From positions 1-41,717 of the forward strand of contig MFDK01000004.1 of NCBI GenBank assembly GCA_001776865.1: DNA of 41,717 bases, given 5' to 3'. How positions within the stretch are numbered: position 1 is the first letter of the stretch; the number at the start of each line of letters is the position of its first letter. Both the position numbers and the translations under genes were made by a program. Below the pieces are notes generated by a model, which saw nothing but the letters and a program-made list of their open reading frames with translations, searched no databases and was not told the DNA's origin. This document shows positions 8,027-15,005 of the stretch, in pieces. This DNA comes from Candidatus Daviesbacteria bacterium RIFCSPLOWO2_01_FULL_37_10 (GTDB lineage Bacteria; Patescibacteriota; Microgenomatia; Daviesbacterales; UBA10151).

Positions 8027-8344
8027 TTACATCTTAACCTCAATATCAACCCCTGCTGGAAGTTCTATGTGCATTAGGGAATCTATTGTTTTTTGTGTAG
8101 GTTCAATAATATCTAAAACTCTTTTGTGAGTTTTTATTTCAAAAGCTTCTCTTGCATCTTTATCTGTATGAGGAGAAGTTAAAACTGTAATTCTTTCAGT
8201 TTTCGTAGGAAGGGGAATAGGGCCAAGAATTTTTGCTCCGGTTCGGAGCGCCACATCAAGTAACTGCTCGCATGTCGAATCGAGTACTCTATGATCATAA
8301 CTTTTTAGTCTTACGCGTATTCTACCGCGTGTTGCTGTAGCCAT
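8027..8344 (-). CDS. rpsJ: 30S ribosomal protein S10
   Basis: ...IRVRLKSYDHRVLDSTCEQLLDVALRTGAKILGPIPLPTK... is canonical S10. An 8-bp hairpin, taatccgcctagcggatta (8011-8029), overlaps its stop codon. Confidence 0.97.
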   Translation of the reverse strand: MATATRGRIRVRLKSYDHRVLDSTCEQLLDVALRTGAKILGPIPLPTKTERITVLTSPHTDKDAREAFEIKTHKRVLDIIEPTQKTIDSLMHIELPAGVDIEVKM

Positions 8345-8390
8345 ATTTCCCTTTCAATGTGCAATTATTATACACTAATTCGAACCTATT

Positions 8391-8541
8391 GTCATTCTGG
8401 CACCGACAGAGTCGAGTGTTCTCGACGGAGTCGGGACTTGTCCAGAATCTTTATCTGTCATCTCGAACGAAGTGAGGAATCTCAAGACTAATCTAGAGAT
8501 TCCTCCTTGCCCGCCTCTGGCGGGGCTGCGCTCGGAATGAC
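8391..8541. repeat. Cluster of nested GTCAT hairpin repeats bounded by GTCAT...ATGAC
   Basis: At 8391-8449, gtcattctgg[...gtcgagtgttctcgac...]ccagaatc has a hairpin nested inside it. At 8457-8481 lies gtcatctcgaacgaagtgaggaatc. At 8498-8541, gattcctcc[..cccgcctctggcggg..]ctcggaatgac is inverted and carries a nested GC hairpin. Confidence 0.85.
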
Positions 8542-8543
8542 AG

Positions 8544-8831
8544 TTAAGATGTTTGTGCATCTTGTCTTGGTTCTACTGAGCCTACTTCATCTCCACGAAG
8601 CCTCTCTATAAATCCTTCATTAGATACTTGGTAAGTATGTAGTTGCTCTTTCTCATCTTTCTCAGTATAAAATATCACTGGTTCACCATTAAAATTGAAA
8701 ACAAATTTTGAAAGTCCTGCTATACGCTCTCCACCTCGAGAAAATATTAAATGCGTAATTTCATCTAATTCTTCGATCGTAATTTCCCTTTTTGGGTTAG
8801 TCACTGGTTGTTCAGAATTGCTTTCCGGCAT
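8544..8831 (-). CDS. Hypothetical 95-aa protein inserted between tuf and rpsJ
   Basis: Clean ORF with an ATG at 8829-8831, preceded by gaaaggaaaat (SD-like). I recognise no family. The 3' end abuts repeat DNA. Confidence 0.5.
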   Translation of the reverse strand: MPESNSEQPVTNPKREITIEELDEITHLIFSRGGERIAGLSKFVFNFNGEPVIFYTEKDEKEQLHTYQVSNEGFIERLRGDEVGSVEPRQDAQTS

Positions 8832-8842
8832 ATTTTCCTTTC

Positions 8843-8861
8843 AAAATGGGGCTTTCGCCCC
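8843..8861 (-). terminator. Possible intrinsic terminator after tuf
   Basis: The minus strand reads ggggcgaaagcccc followed by atttt, downstream of tuf and of the hairpin pair at 8871-8929. The stem (5 bp) and U tract are both short. Confidence 0.4.
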
Positions 8862-8870
8862 TTATTGTTT

Positions 8871-8929
8871 GTCATTCCGAACTTGTTTCGGAATCTTACT
8901 GTCAGATCCTGAATCAAGTTCAGGATGAC
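8871..8929. repeat. Composite GTCAT...ATGAC hairpin element
   Basis: gtcattccgaacttgtttcggaatc (8871-8895) and gatcctgaatcaagttcaggatgac (8905-8929). It is a near copy of the element at 4638-4704. Confidence 0.85.
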
Positions 8930-8937
8930 GATAAGGC

Positions 8938-10122
8938 TCATGCTATTATCTTAGTTATCACTCCAGCTCCAACTGTTTTTCCGCCTTCTCGAATTGCAAA
9001 CCTTAAACCTTCTTCCATAGCAACCGGTGTAATTAACTTTCCTGTAATTTTTACTGTATCTCCCGGCATTGCCATCTCTGTTCCTTCAGGAAGAGTAACT
9101 TCTCCTGTAACATCTGTTGTCCTAACATAAAATTGCGGTCTGTATCCTTTGAAAAATGGCGTGTGTCTTCCGCCCTCTTCTTTGCTCAAAACATAAATTT
9201 CTGCTTCAAACTCGGCGTGAGGAGTAATTGAACCGGGCTTTGCAAGAACCTGACCGCGTTCTATATCATCTTTTTCAATTCCCCGAAGTAAAATTCCTGC
9301 ATTATCTCCGGCTTCTCCCTGATCCAAGAGTTTGTGAAACATTTCAATTCCTGTAACAACGCTTTTCTTTGTTGGTCTAATTCCAACAATCTCTATTTCT
9401 TCGTTAACTTTTACAACTCCCCGTTCAATTCTACCAGTTGCCACTGTACCGCGTCCTTTAATAGAGAAAACGTCCTCAACAGCCATTAAAAACGGCTTAT
9501 CTTTATCTCTTACAGGAGTTGGAATCCACTCATCAACTTTTGCCATCAAATCTTCAATGCTCTTTATAGCCTCGGCATCACCTTCTAATGCTTTTTTAGC
9601 AGAACCACGGATAATTGGGCTTTGTGGATCATATTCATATTTTTTAAGGAGGTCTCTTACTTCTTCTTCAACTAAATCAAGGAGTTCAGGATCGTCAACC
9701 ATGTCGCATTTATTAAGGTAAACTACAATCGCAGGAACTCCAACCTGGCGAGCCAAAAGAAGGTGTTCACGAGTTTGAGGCATTGGACCATCTGGTGCGG
9801 AAACTACAAGTATTGCTCCGTCAGTTTGTGCAGCACCAGTAATCATGTTTTTAATATAGTCTGCGTGACCTGGCATATCTATATGTGCATAGTGACGGGT
9901 TTCTGTTTCATATTCCTGATGTGAAATATTAATCGTAATTCCTCGGGCTTTTTCTTCAGGAGCATTGTCAATTTGATCAACAGATCGCTTTTCTGCCAAC
10001 CCTTTAGAAGCCAGTACACTGGTAATAGCTGCAGTCAAGGTTGTTTTACCATGGTCAACATGACCCATGGTTCCAACGTTTACGTGTGGTTTACTTCTAT
10101 CGTACTTTTTAACGTCTGCCAT
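8938..10122 (-). CDS. tuf: Elongation factor Tu
   Basis: From the ATG at 10120-10122: [34 protein letters not shown]..., 394 aa, canonical EF-Tu. The 59 upstream codons of ORF 8938..10299 are read-through of a fusA relic. Confidence 0.97.
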   Translation of the reverse strand: MADVKKYDRSKPHVNVGTMGHVDHGKTTLTAAITSVLASKGLAEKRSVDQIDNAPEEKARGITINISHQEYETETRHYAHIDMPGHADYIKNMITGAAQTDGAILVVSAPDGPMPQTREHLLLARQVGVPAIVVYLNKCDMVDDPELLDLVEEEVRDLLKKYEYDPQSPIIRGSAKKALEGDAEAIKSIEDLMAKVDEWIPTPVRDKDKPFLMAVEDVFSIKGRGTVATGRIERGVVKVNEEIEIVGIRPTKKSVVTGIEMFHKLLDQGEAGDNAGILLRGIEKDDIERGQVLAKPGSITPHAEFEAEIYVLSKEEGGRHTPFFKGYRPQFYVRTTDVTGEVTLPEGTEMAMPGDTVKITGKLITPVAMEEGLRFAIREGGKTVGAGVITKIIA

Positions 10123-10231
10123 ATAAGCTTTCCCGAGCAAAGCTTGCGAGCTTCGCTCTAAAAAACCAGCCCTATCCAGACTGGATATATAAAATCTTAC
10201 TATAAATCTTACAATATTGCAAGCACCAAAT

Positions 10232-10281
10232 TTACCATCCAACTCAACCTGTAAATCCGAGGATTCTACGATTTTGGAAAC
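10232..10281 (-). other. Decayed duplicate of the fusA 3' end, including the stop position
   Basis: ttaccatccaactcaacctgtaaatccgaggattctacgattttggaaac compared with fusA 11035-11085 ttacctttcaactctgcctgtaaatccggaggtttctactattttagcagt. By hand alignment 40/50 positions are identical with one 1-nt gap. The relic translates as [15 protein letters not shown]; fusA ends [15 protein letters not shown]. Confidence 0.8.
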
Positions 10282-10282
10282 T

Positions 10283-10828
10283 TCACTCTGAAGCACCAAG
10301 CAAATCTTTTTTCGCTACTATTTTATATGTAGAACAATTTTTTGAAAGTGCTTGGCTAATAAAATTTTCAAATCCCACATAAATAACTTTTTTCTGTTCT
10401 TCTTTCGCTGTTTTTATAGCTGGCAATAAATCTGTATCTGAGGAAAATAAATAACATTTTTCATATTCATTTTTAATCGCGCCGCGAACCATATCAACTG
10501 CAATCTGAACATCCACCCCCTTCTCATGGTAAGAACCGTCGGAGAATAGGAGAAAACCCAGCTTTATTTCGATATCTAATTTTCTTAAATTTGAGAATAA
10601 TGACTGTTGATTTGCATATAAACTTGCAGATTTCTTATTACCAGGATATTTTCTTATTTCACCAACATAATAGATTATCTGCAAATCTTTCGTTTTTTCT
10701 TTAGTTATAGAATGGACAAATTTTCTATAGTCAAGCCTCATTAGGTGAGTTTGGGGTAAGAGTTTCTTAACCTTATTATAGAAATTACTTCCATCAATCT
10801 GAACTAAAATTTTTTTATTCATCCTCAT
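10283..10828 (-). CDS. NYN-domain (LabA/DUF88-like) putative RNase
   Basis: The pattern ...[11 protein letters not shown]...[14 protein letters not shown]...[13 protein letters not shown]... matches the NYN/LabA family (DG.N, KGVD, sDtD). Confidence 0.85.
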   Translation of the reverse strand: MRMNKKILVQIDGSNFYNKVKKLLPQTHLMRLDYRKFVHSITKEKTKDLQIIYYVGEIRKYPGNKKSASLYANQQSLFSNLRKLDIEIKLGFLLFSDGSYHEKGVDVQIAVDMVRGAIKNEYEKCYLFSSDTDLLPAIKTAKEEQKKVIYVGFENFISQALSKNCSTYKIVAKKDLLGASE

Positions 10829-10841
10829 ATTTTAAAAGAAA

Positions 10842-10866
10842 CCCCCGGGTCGTAAAGAACCGGGGG
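10842..10866 (-). promoter_or_regulatory. Leader hairpin plus U tract 13 nt before the NYN start (attenuator- or terminator-like)
   Basis: The minus strand reads cccccgg-ttctttacgac-ccggggg (7 GC pairs) followed by tttcttttaaaat and then the ATG. Confidence 0.45.
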
Positions 10867-10879
10867 GAGTTAGATTTTA

Positions 10880-10908
10880 ATAATATCAGATAATATTGTA
10901 TTTGTCAA
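10880..10908 (-). promoter_or_regulatory. Sigma70-type promoter for the NYN gene
   Basis: The minus strand reads TTGACA (10908-10903), a 17-nt spacer aatacaatattatctga, then TATTAT (10885-10880). Confidence 0.5.
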
Positions 10909-10943
10909 AAAAAATCCTGCGAAGACTTTTCGGTGTCGCAGGA
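10907..10943 (-). terminator. Intrinsic terminator after fusA
   Basis: The minus strand reads tcctgcga-caccgaaaagtct-tcgcagga (8-bp stem) followed directly by T8. Confidence 0.6.
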
Positions 10944-11034
10944 GATTTAAGTATTTATATACTATCACACTATTACTTGAAAATGCAAGTAGGGGATATT
11001 TTGCCAAATTTGAGCCTAAATAGTATTAATTATC

Positions 11035-13179
11035 TTACCTTTCAACTCTGCCTGTAAATCCGGAGGTTTCTACTATTTTAGCAGTAATATTACTTGGCAC
11101 TGGTTCATAGTGATCTGCTTCCATGTATGAAGTTGCCCTACCTTGAGACATACTCCTTATATTTGTAACATATCCATGCATTTCTGCTAAAGGAACTAAA
11201 GCTATAACCACCTTGGAATTTCCACGGGATTCGGAAGACAGAATTTGGGCTCTTTTTGCGCTCAAATCCCCAATAATATCCCCTAAAAATTCCTCCGGAG
11301 TAGTAACCTCCACCTTCATTATCGGTTCAAGTAAAATCATGTCCGCACGAGCTGCCGCATCGGAAAGTCCGAGTGACCCGGCTATTTTAAAGGCCATCTC
11401 AGAGGAGTCAACATCATGAAATGATCCATCATAAACTGTAACTTTTATATCCGTAACCGGGTATCCTGCTAAAATTCCAGTATCTTCTTTCTCTATTACA
11501 CCTTTCTCAATTGGTGCAATGAATTCTCTTGGAATAGCACCTCCAACAATTTCTGAAACAAATTCCCTTCCTTGCCCGCGTGGTAATGGCTCAATCTTGA
11601 GTAAACAGTGTCCGTATTGACCGCGACCTCCGGTTTGCCTGATATATTTTCCCTCACCACGAGCTTCCTTTGTAATAGTCTCTTTATATGCAACTTGCGG
11701 CTGGCCAACATTGGCCTCAACCTTAAACTCCCTTTTCATCCGGTCAACCAAAACTTCCAGCTGCAGCTCACCCATTCCGGCTATTATTGTTTGACCGGTT
11801 TCGTGATCAGATTTTACTCTAAAGGTTGGATCTTCCTCAGATAAACGACCAAGAGCTAAACCCAGCTTTTCCTGATCAGACTTTGTTTTAGGTTCAATTG
11901 CAAGGGATATAACCGGTTCCGGAAAAGAAATTGACTCCAAAACTACCGGATTTCCCTCATCACAAAGAGTGTTTCCGGTTATAGTATCTTTAAGTCCAAC
12001 TGCTGCTACAATTTCACCGGCATATGCCTCATCAATTTCTTCTCTATCGTTAGCATGCATAAGAAGAAGTCTACCAACCCGTTCCTTAATTTGTTTATTA
12101 ACGTTATAAACATACGTCCCGGATTTCAAAGTTCCAGCATAAACTCTAATATAGGTTAGCTTTCCAACGTGTGGATCAACTTGAATTTTGAAAGCAAGCG
12201 CGGCCATCGGAGCTTCTTTATCCCCATTGTTAATAACAATCTCTTCTTCAGGATTACTTGGATTTTTCCCGGTAATTGAAGTAATATCCTGCGGCGAAGG
12301 TAAATATTCAACAACACTATCGAGCATGGGCTGAACACCTTTGTTACGAAGTGAAGATCCGGCAAGTACTGGTACGATTTTATTGTCAATAACTGCCCGA
12401 CGAAGAGCTTTTTTCAGATCCTCAACTGAGATTTCCTCTCCACCCAGGTATTTTTCCATTAGCACGTCATCGGTTCCAGAAATCTCCTCCACCAGCTTAT
12501 CTCTATACTTATCTACATCTGAGGTCATATCTGCTGGAATATCTGCTTCTTTGAAATCAGCTCCAGTTTCTGATCCCTCCCATATAAATGCTTTCTTAGT
12601 TAATAAATCTATAACACCGCGAAAATCATTTTCTTTCCCAATTGGCAAGTTGTATGCAACTGCATTTGCGCCGAGTCTATCTCTAGCAGACTGTATTGTC
12701 CCATGAAAATCTGCGCCAACTACATCCATTTTGTTTGCAAAAGCAATAAGTGGAACTTTATATTTATTAGCCTGTCTCCATACTGTTTCTGTTTGAGATT
12801 GAACCCCTGATGCAGAGTCTAGAACAATTACACCTCCGTCCAAAACACGCAGAGATCTCTCGACTTCAGCTGTAAAATCAACGTGTCCCGGGGTATCAAT
12901 TAAGTTAATCCTAATTTCAGCGTCTTTAAAAGAACCACTCTTTGGAGTCCAGAAGGTAGTAATAGCAGCAGAAACAATTGTAATTCCACGCTCTTTTTCC
13001 TGCTCCATCCAGTCAGTTGTAGTTGTTCCCTCATCAATATCGCCAATTTTATAGGTTCGACCGGTGTAAAATAAAATTCGCTCGGTTGTTGTGGTTTTAC
13101 CTGCATCAATGTGCGCAATAATACCTATATTTCTAATTCTATCCAGAGGAAAATCCCGTTTAGTTTTTTGTATAGCCAT
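11035..13179 (-). CDS. fusA: Elongation factor G
   Basis: [41 protein letters not shown]... is 714 aa and canonical EF-G. Confidence 0.97.
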   Translation of the reverse strand: MAIQKTKRDFPLDRIRNIGIIAHIDAGKTTTTERILFYTGRTYKIGDIDEGTTTTDWMEQEKERGITIVSAAITTFWTPKSGSFKDAEIRINLIDTPGHVDFTAEVERSLRVLDGGVIVLDSASGVQSQTETVWRQANKYKVPLIAFANKMDVVGADFHGTIQSARDRLGANAVAYNLPIGKENDFRGVIDLLTKKAFIWEGSETGADFKEADIPADMTSDVDKYRDKLVEEISGTDDVLMEKYLGGEEISVEDLKKALRRAVIDNKIVPVLAGSSLRNKGVQPMLDSVVEYLPSPQDITSITGKNPSNPEEEIVINNGDKEAPMAALAFKIQVDPHVGKLTYIRVYAGTLKSGTYVYNVNKQIKERVGRLLLMHANDREEIDEAYAGEIVAAVGLKDTITGNTLCDEGNPVVLESISFPEPVISLAIEPKTKSDQEKLGLALGRLSEEDPTFRVKSDHETGQTIIAGMGELQLEVLVDRMKREFKVEANVGQPQVAYKETITKEARGEGKYIRQTGGRGQYGHCLLKIEPLPRGQGREFVSEIVGGAIPREFIAPIEKGVIEKEDTGILAGYPVTDIKVTVYDGSFHDVDSSEMAFKIAGSLGLSDAAARADMILLEPIMKVEVTTPEEFLGDIIGDLSAKRAQILSSESRGNSKVVIALVPLAEMHGYVTNIRSMSQGRATSYMEADHYEPVPSNITAKIVETSGFTGRVER

Positions 13180-13180
13180 A

Positions 13181-13408
13181 TTACCCTAGCTCCTCCTCCA
13201 GTTTTTTTATTGTTTTTCTAGCATTAGCAATCTGCGCAGAAGCAACTTGTGCCTCCTCGGTTCTAAGTTCATACCCTGCATTTTCTTTTAAATCACCCTC
13301 ACGGGCTGCTTCCCCGCGAAGCAGCATCAGCTCATCAAATCTTTTTACAAGCTGACTTTCCTGTTTCTTCCAAAATTCTAATTTTTCTTTCAATGTTTTC
13401 TTATCCAT
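13181..13408 (-). CDS. Stand-alone GreA/GreB N-terminal coiled-coil domain protein (75 aa)
   Basis: ...[46 protein letters not shown] compares with E. coli GreA ...[36 protein letters not shown]. The acidic tip residues (D..E) are retained and there is no C-terminal globular domain. The stop is 1 nt before the fusA ATG. Confidence 0.7.
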   Translation of the reverse strand: MDKKTLKEKLEFWKKQESQLVKRFDELMLLRGEAAREGDLKENAGYELRTEEAQVASAQIANARKTIKKLEEELG

Positions 13409-13438
13409 AAAAAAATAGCCTCCCTCAAACGGGGGAGG
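13409..13438 (-). terminator. Hairpin plus T7 between the 171-aa ORF and the GreA-N-like gene
   Basis: The minus strand reads cctccc-ccgtttga-gggagg, then cta, then ttttttt, and then directly the ATG at 13408. Confidence 0.4.
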
Positions 13439-13472
13439 AGTATGTATATACTACAAAATCCGAACCTAAAAG

Positions 13473-13988
13473 TCAAATCACAATTCCCTGGCTTATCAAA
13501 AATTGATTAAAACTAAGCGCGCTTTGATATAAATCCTCATAATCATCAGGTATTGGAGAATTTTCAAGAATGCAAGGGTATAAATTTTTCCACCTTCTTT
13601 GAAAATTTCTATTTATTAACCCATGAGTAAGTATTGAGGCTTGATTGTGTTCTAACTCTTCACTTAGGCGATGTTTAAATTGAGCATTAATATAATCCTC
13701 CGGATCTAAATCTTTTAGCTCAATGATTAATCTTTTTCCATTTTCATCAGCGCAGCCTTGATGTTCAAGCAAAATATGCGCAACACTGTGTATTGCCCGC
13801 ATCATTTTTCTGCCTGGAGTAAGACTAGCACTTAAATACAGTTTTTTCCTGTAGTTTGGAGGAGACACTTCAAGAACAGCATCCAAATAATCTCTTAACT
13901 CTTCCGTTACTATATTTATTCCATAATAAGGCTTAAGATAATACTCTTCCAACTTTCTCAAAGTAGAATACTCAGTTTCTTGAAGCAT
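13473..13988 (-). CDS. Hypothetical 171-aa protein (possible degenerate ImmA/IrrE-like motif)
   Basis: Clean ORF between rpsG and fusA. The only hint is RKMMRAIHSVAHILLEH, which resembles the HExxH helix of DUF955/ImmA peptidases with the Glu replaced by Ser. Confidence 0.55.
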   Translation of the reverse strand: MLQETEYSTLRKLEEYYLKPYYGINIVTEELRDYLDAVLEVSPPNYRKKLYLSASLTPGRKMMRAIHSVAHILLEHQGCADENGKRLIIELKDLDPEDYINAQFKHRLSEELEHNQASILTHGLINRNFQRRWKNLYPCILENSPIPDDYEDLYQSALSFNQFLISQGIVI

Positions 13989-14038
13989 TGATCTGCAGTT
14001 AAAAGCATCTTAATGTCTGAAAAGCTATATGTCAATAT

Positions 14039-14515
14039 CTACCACCTGAAGTGGGCGAAGGCACGATTGGCATTTGCTACTTTTTGGATTTCTTCTTTTT
14101 TCTTCATGGCAACTCCAGTACCACCAGATGCCTCCATAATTTCTGCTGCAAGTTTTTTATCAAAACTGTGATAATCTTTATTTGGCCTTGTTTGCGCACC
14201 AGTTATAATCCACCTGATTGCCAAAGCTTCTTTTCTATCTCCTCTTACCTCAGATGGAACCTGATACGATGCTCCCCCAACTCTTCTTGGCTTAACTTCC
14301 ATTTTCGGGGAAACATTCGTAATTGCTGTTTCAAAAACTTTTAAAGGATCCTGATTAGATTCCTCTTTAATTTGATCCAGCGCTCCGTAAACCAGTCTTT
14401 GTGCTATACTTTTTTTTCCGTCAATCATCACGTAGTTTATGAATTTTTGCAAAAGTCTGGATCCATAAATAGGATCCGGAGTAATTATTCTTCTTGGTGC
14501 TTTTTTACTTCTCAT
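14039..14515 (-). CDS. rpsG: 30S ribosomal protein S7
   Basis: MRSKKAPRRIITPDPIYGSRLLQKFINYVMIDGKKSIAQRLVY... is canonical S7. Confidence 0.97.
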   Translation of the reverse strand: MRSKKAPRRIITPDPIYGSRLLQKFINYVMIDGKKSIAQRLVYGALDQIKEESNQDPLKVFETAITNVSPKMEVKPRRVGGASYQVPSEVRGDRKEALAIRWIITGAQTRPNKDYHSFDKKLAAEIMEASGGTGVAMKKKEEIQKVANANRAFAHFRW

Positions 14516-14524
14516 TTTTTCCTT

Positions 14525-15001
14525 TTATACTGGTGGAGCTGCATCCGGCGTCGGTGCAGCAGGTGCTGCTGCAGATCTAGGCGCAGCTCCTCCGCCGCCT
14601 TTCTTAGTTCCATATCTGCTTCTCCCCTGCTTTCTTCCAACTACACCTTCCATATCAAGTTTTCCACGGATTATATGATATTTAACTCCAGGAAGGTCTT
14701 TTACTCTACCCCCTCTTACTAAAACTATTCCGTGCTCTGCAAGAGAGTGTCCAATACCCTGAATATATGCAGTAACCTCAGTCCTGTTTGAGAGTCTTAC
14801 CCTGGCAACTTTTCTAAGAGCTGAATTCGGTTTTTTAGGAGTCATAGTTTTTACCAAAGTTACAACACCCCGTTTTTGAGGGTTAAAAGTCTGTTTGTAT
14901 CTCCGATCTTTAGCGTTAAAGCTTTTTCTAAGAGCTGTTGCCTTAATCTTTTTACTAACTTTTGACCTTCCTTTTCTAACTAACTGATTAATTGTCGGCA
15001 T
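14525..15001 (-). CDS. rpsL: 30S ribosomal protein S12 with Gly/Ala/Pro-rich C-terminal tail
   Basis: From the ATG at 14999-15001: [15 protein letters not shown]..., canonical S12. The extra tail [26 protein letters not shown] is encoded by a GC-rich stretch at 14525-14600. Confidence 0.95.
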   Translation of the reverse strand: MPTINQLVRKGRSKVSKKIKATALRKSFNAKDRRYKQTFNPQKRGVVTLVKTMTPKKPNSALRKVARVRLSNRTEVTAYIQGIGHSLAEHGIVLVRGGRVKDLPGVKYHIIRGKLDMEGVVGRKQGRSRYGTKKGGGGAAPRSAAAPAAPTPDAAPPV

Positions 15002-15005
15002 ATTT

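Larger units (their letters stand above)
10282..11034. mobile_element. Cassette (terminator, promoter, leader hairpin, NYN gene) inserted between fusA and tuf
   Basis: It is bounded by the intact fusA 3' end and its relic. There is no recombinase gene and no TIRs. Confidence 0.5.

Noticed and set aside
8345-8400. Possible relic of the tuf 3' end distal to the 95-aa ORF
   Set aside because: Only a short tgc.attat match. It decays immediately and is indistinguishable from chance.
8375-8560. 61-aa minus-strand ORF (MHKHLNCHSERSPARGGQGG...)
   Set aside because: It lies entirely within the nested GTCAT hairpin cluster. Its peptide is simply the translation of palindromic repeats, so it is not a gene.
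10123-10299. 59-codon N-terminal extension of the tuf ORF
   Set aside because: EF-Tu begins at [13 protein letters not shown] (ATG 10120-10122). The extension is read-through of the fusA 3' relic and the NYN gene end.
14372-14722. Cys/Arg/Ser-rich plus-strand ORF over the rpsG-rpsL junction
   Set aside because: It is the antisense translation of the GC-rich rpsL tail and has no support as a gene.
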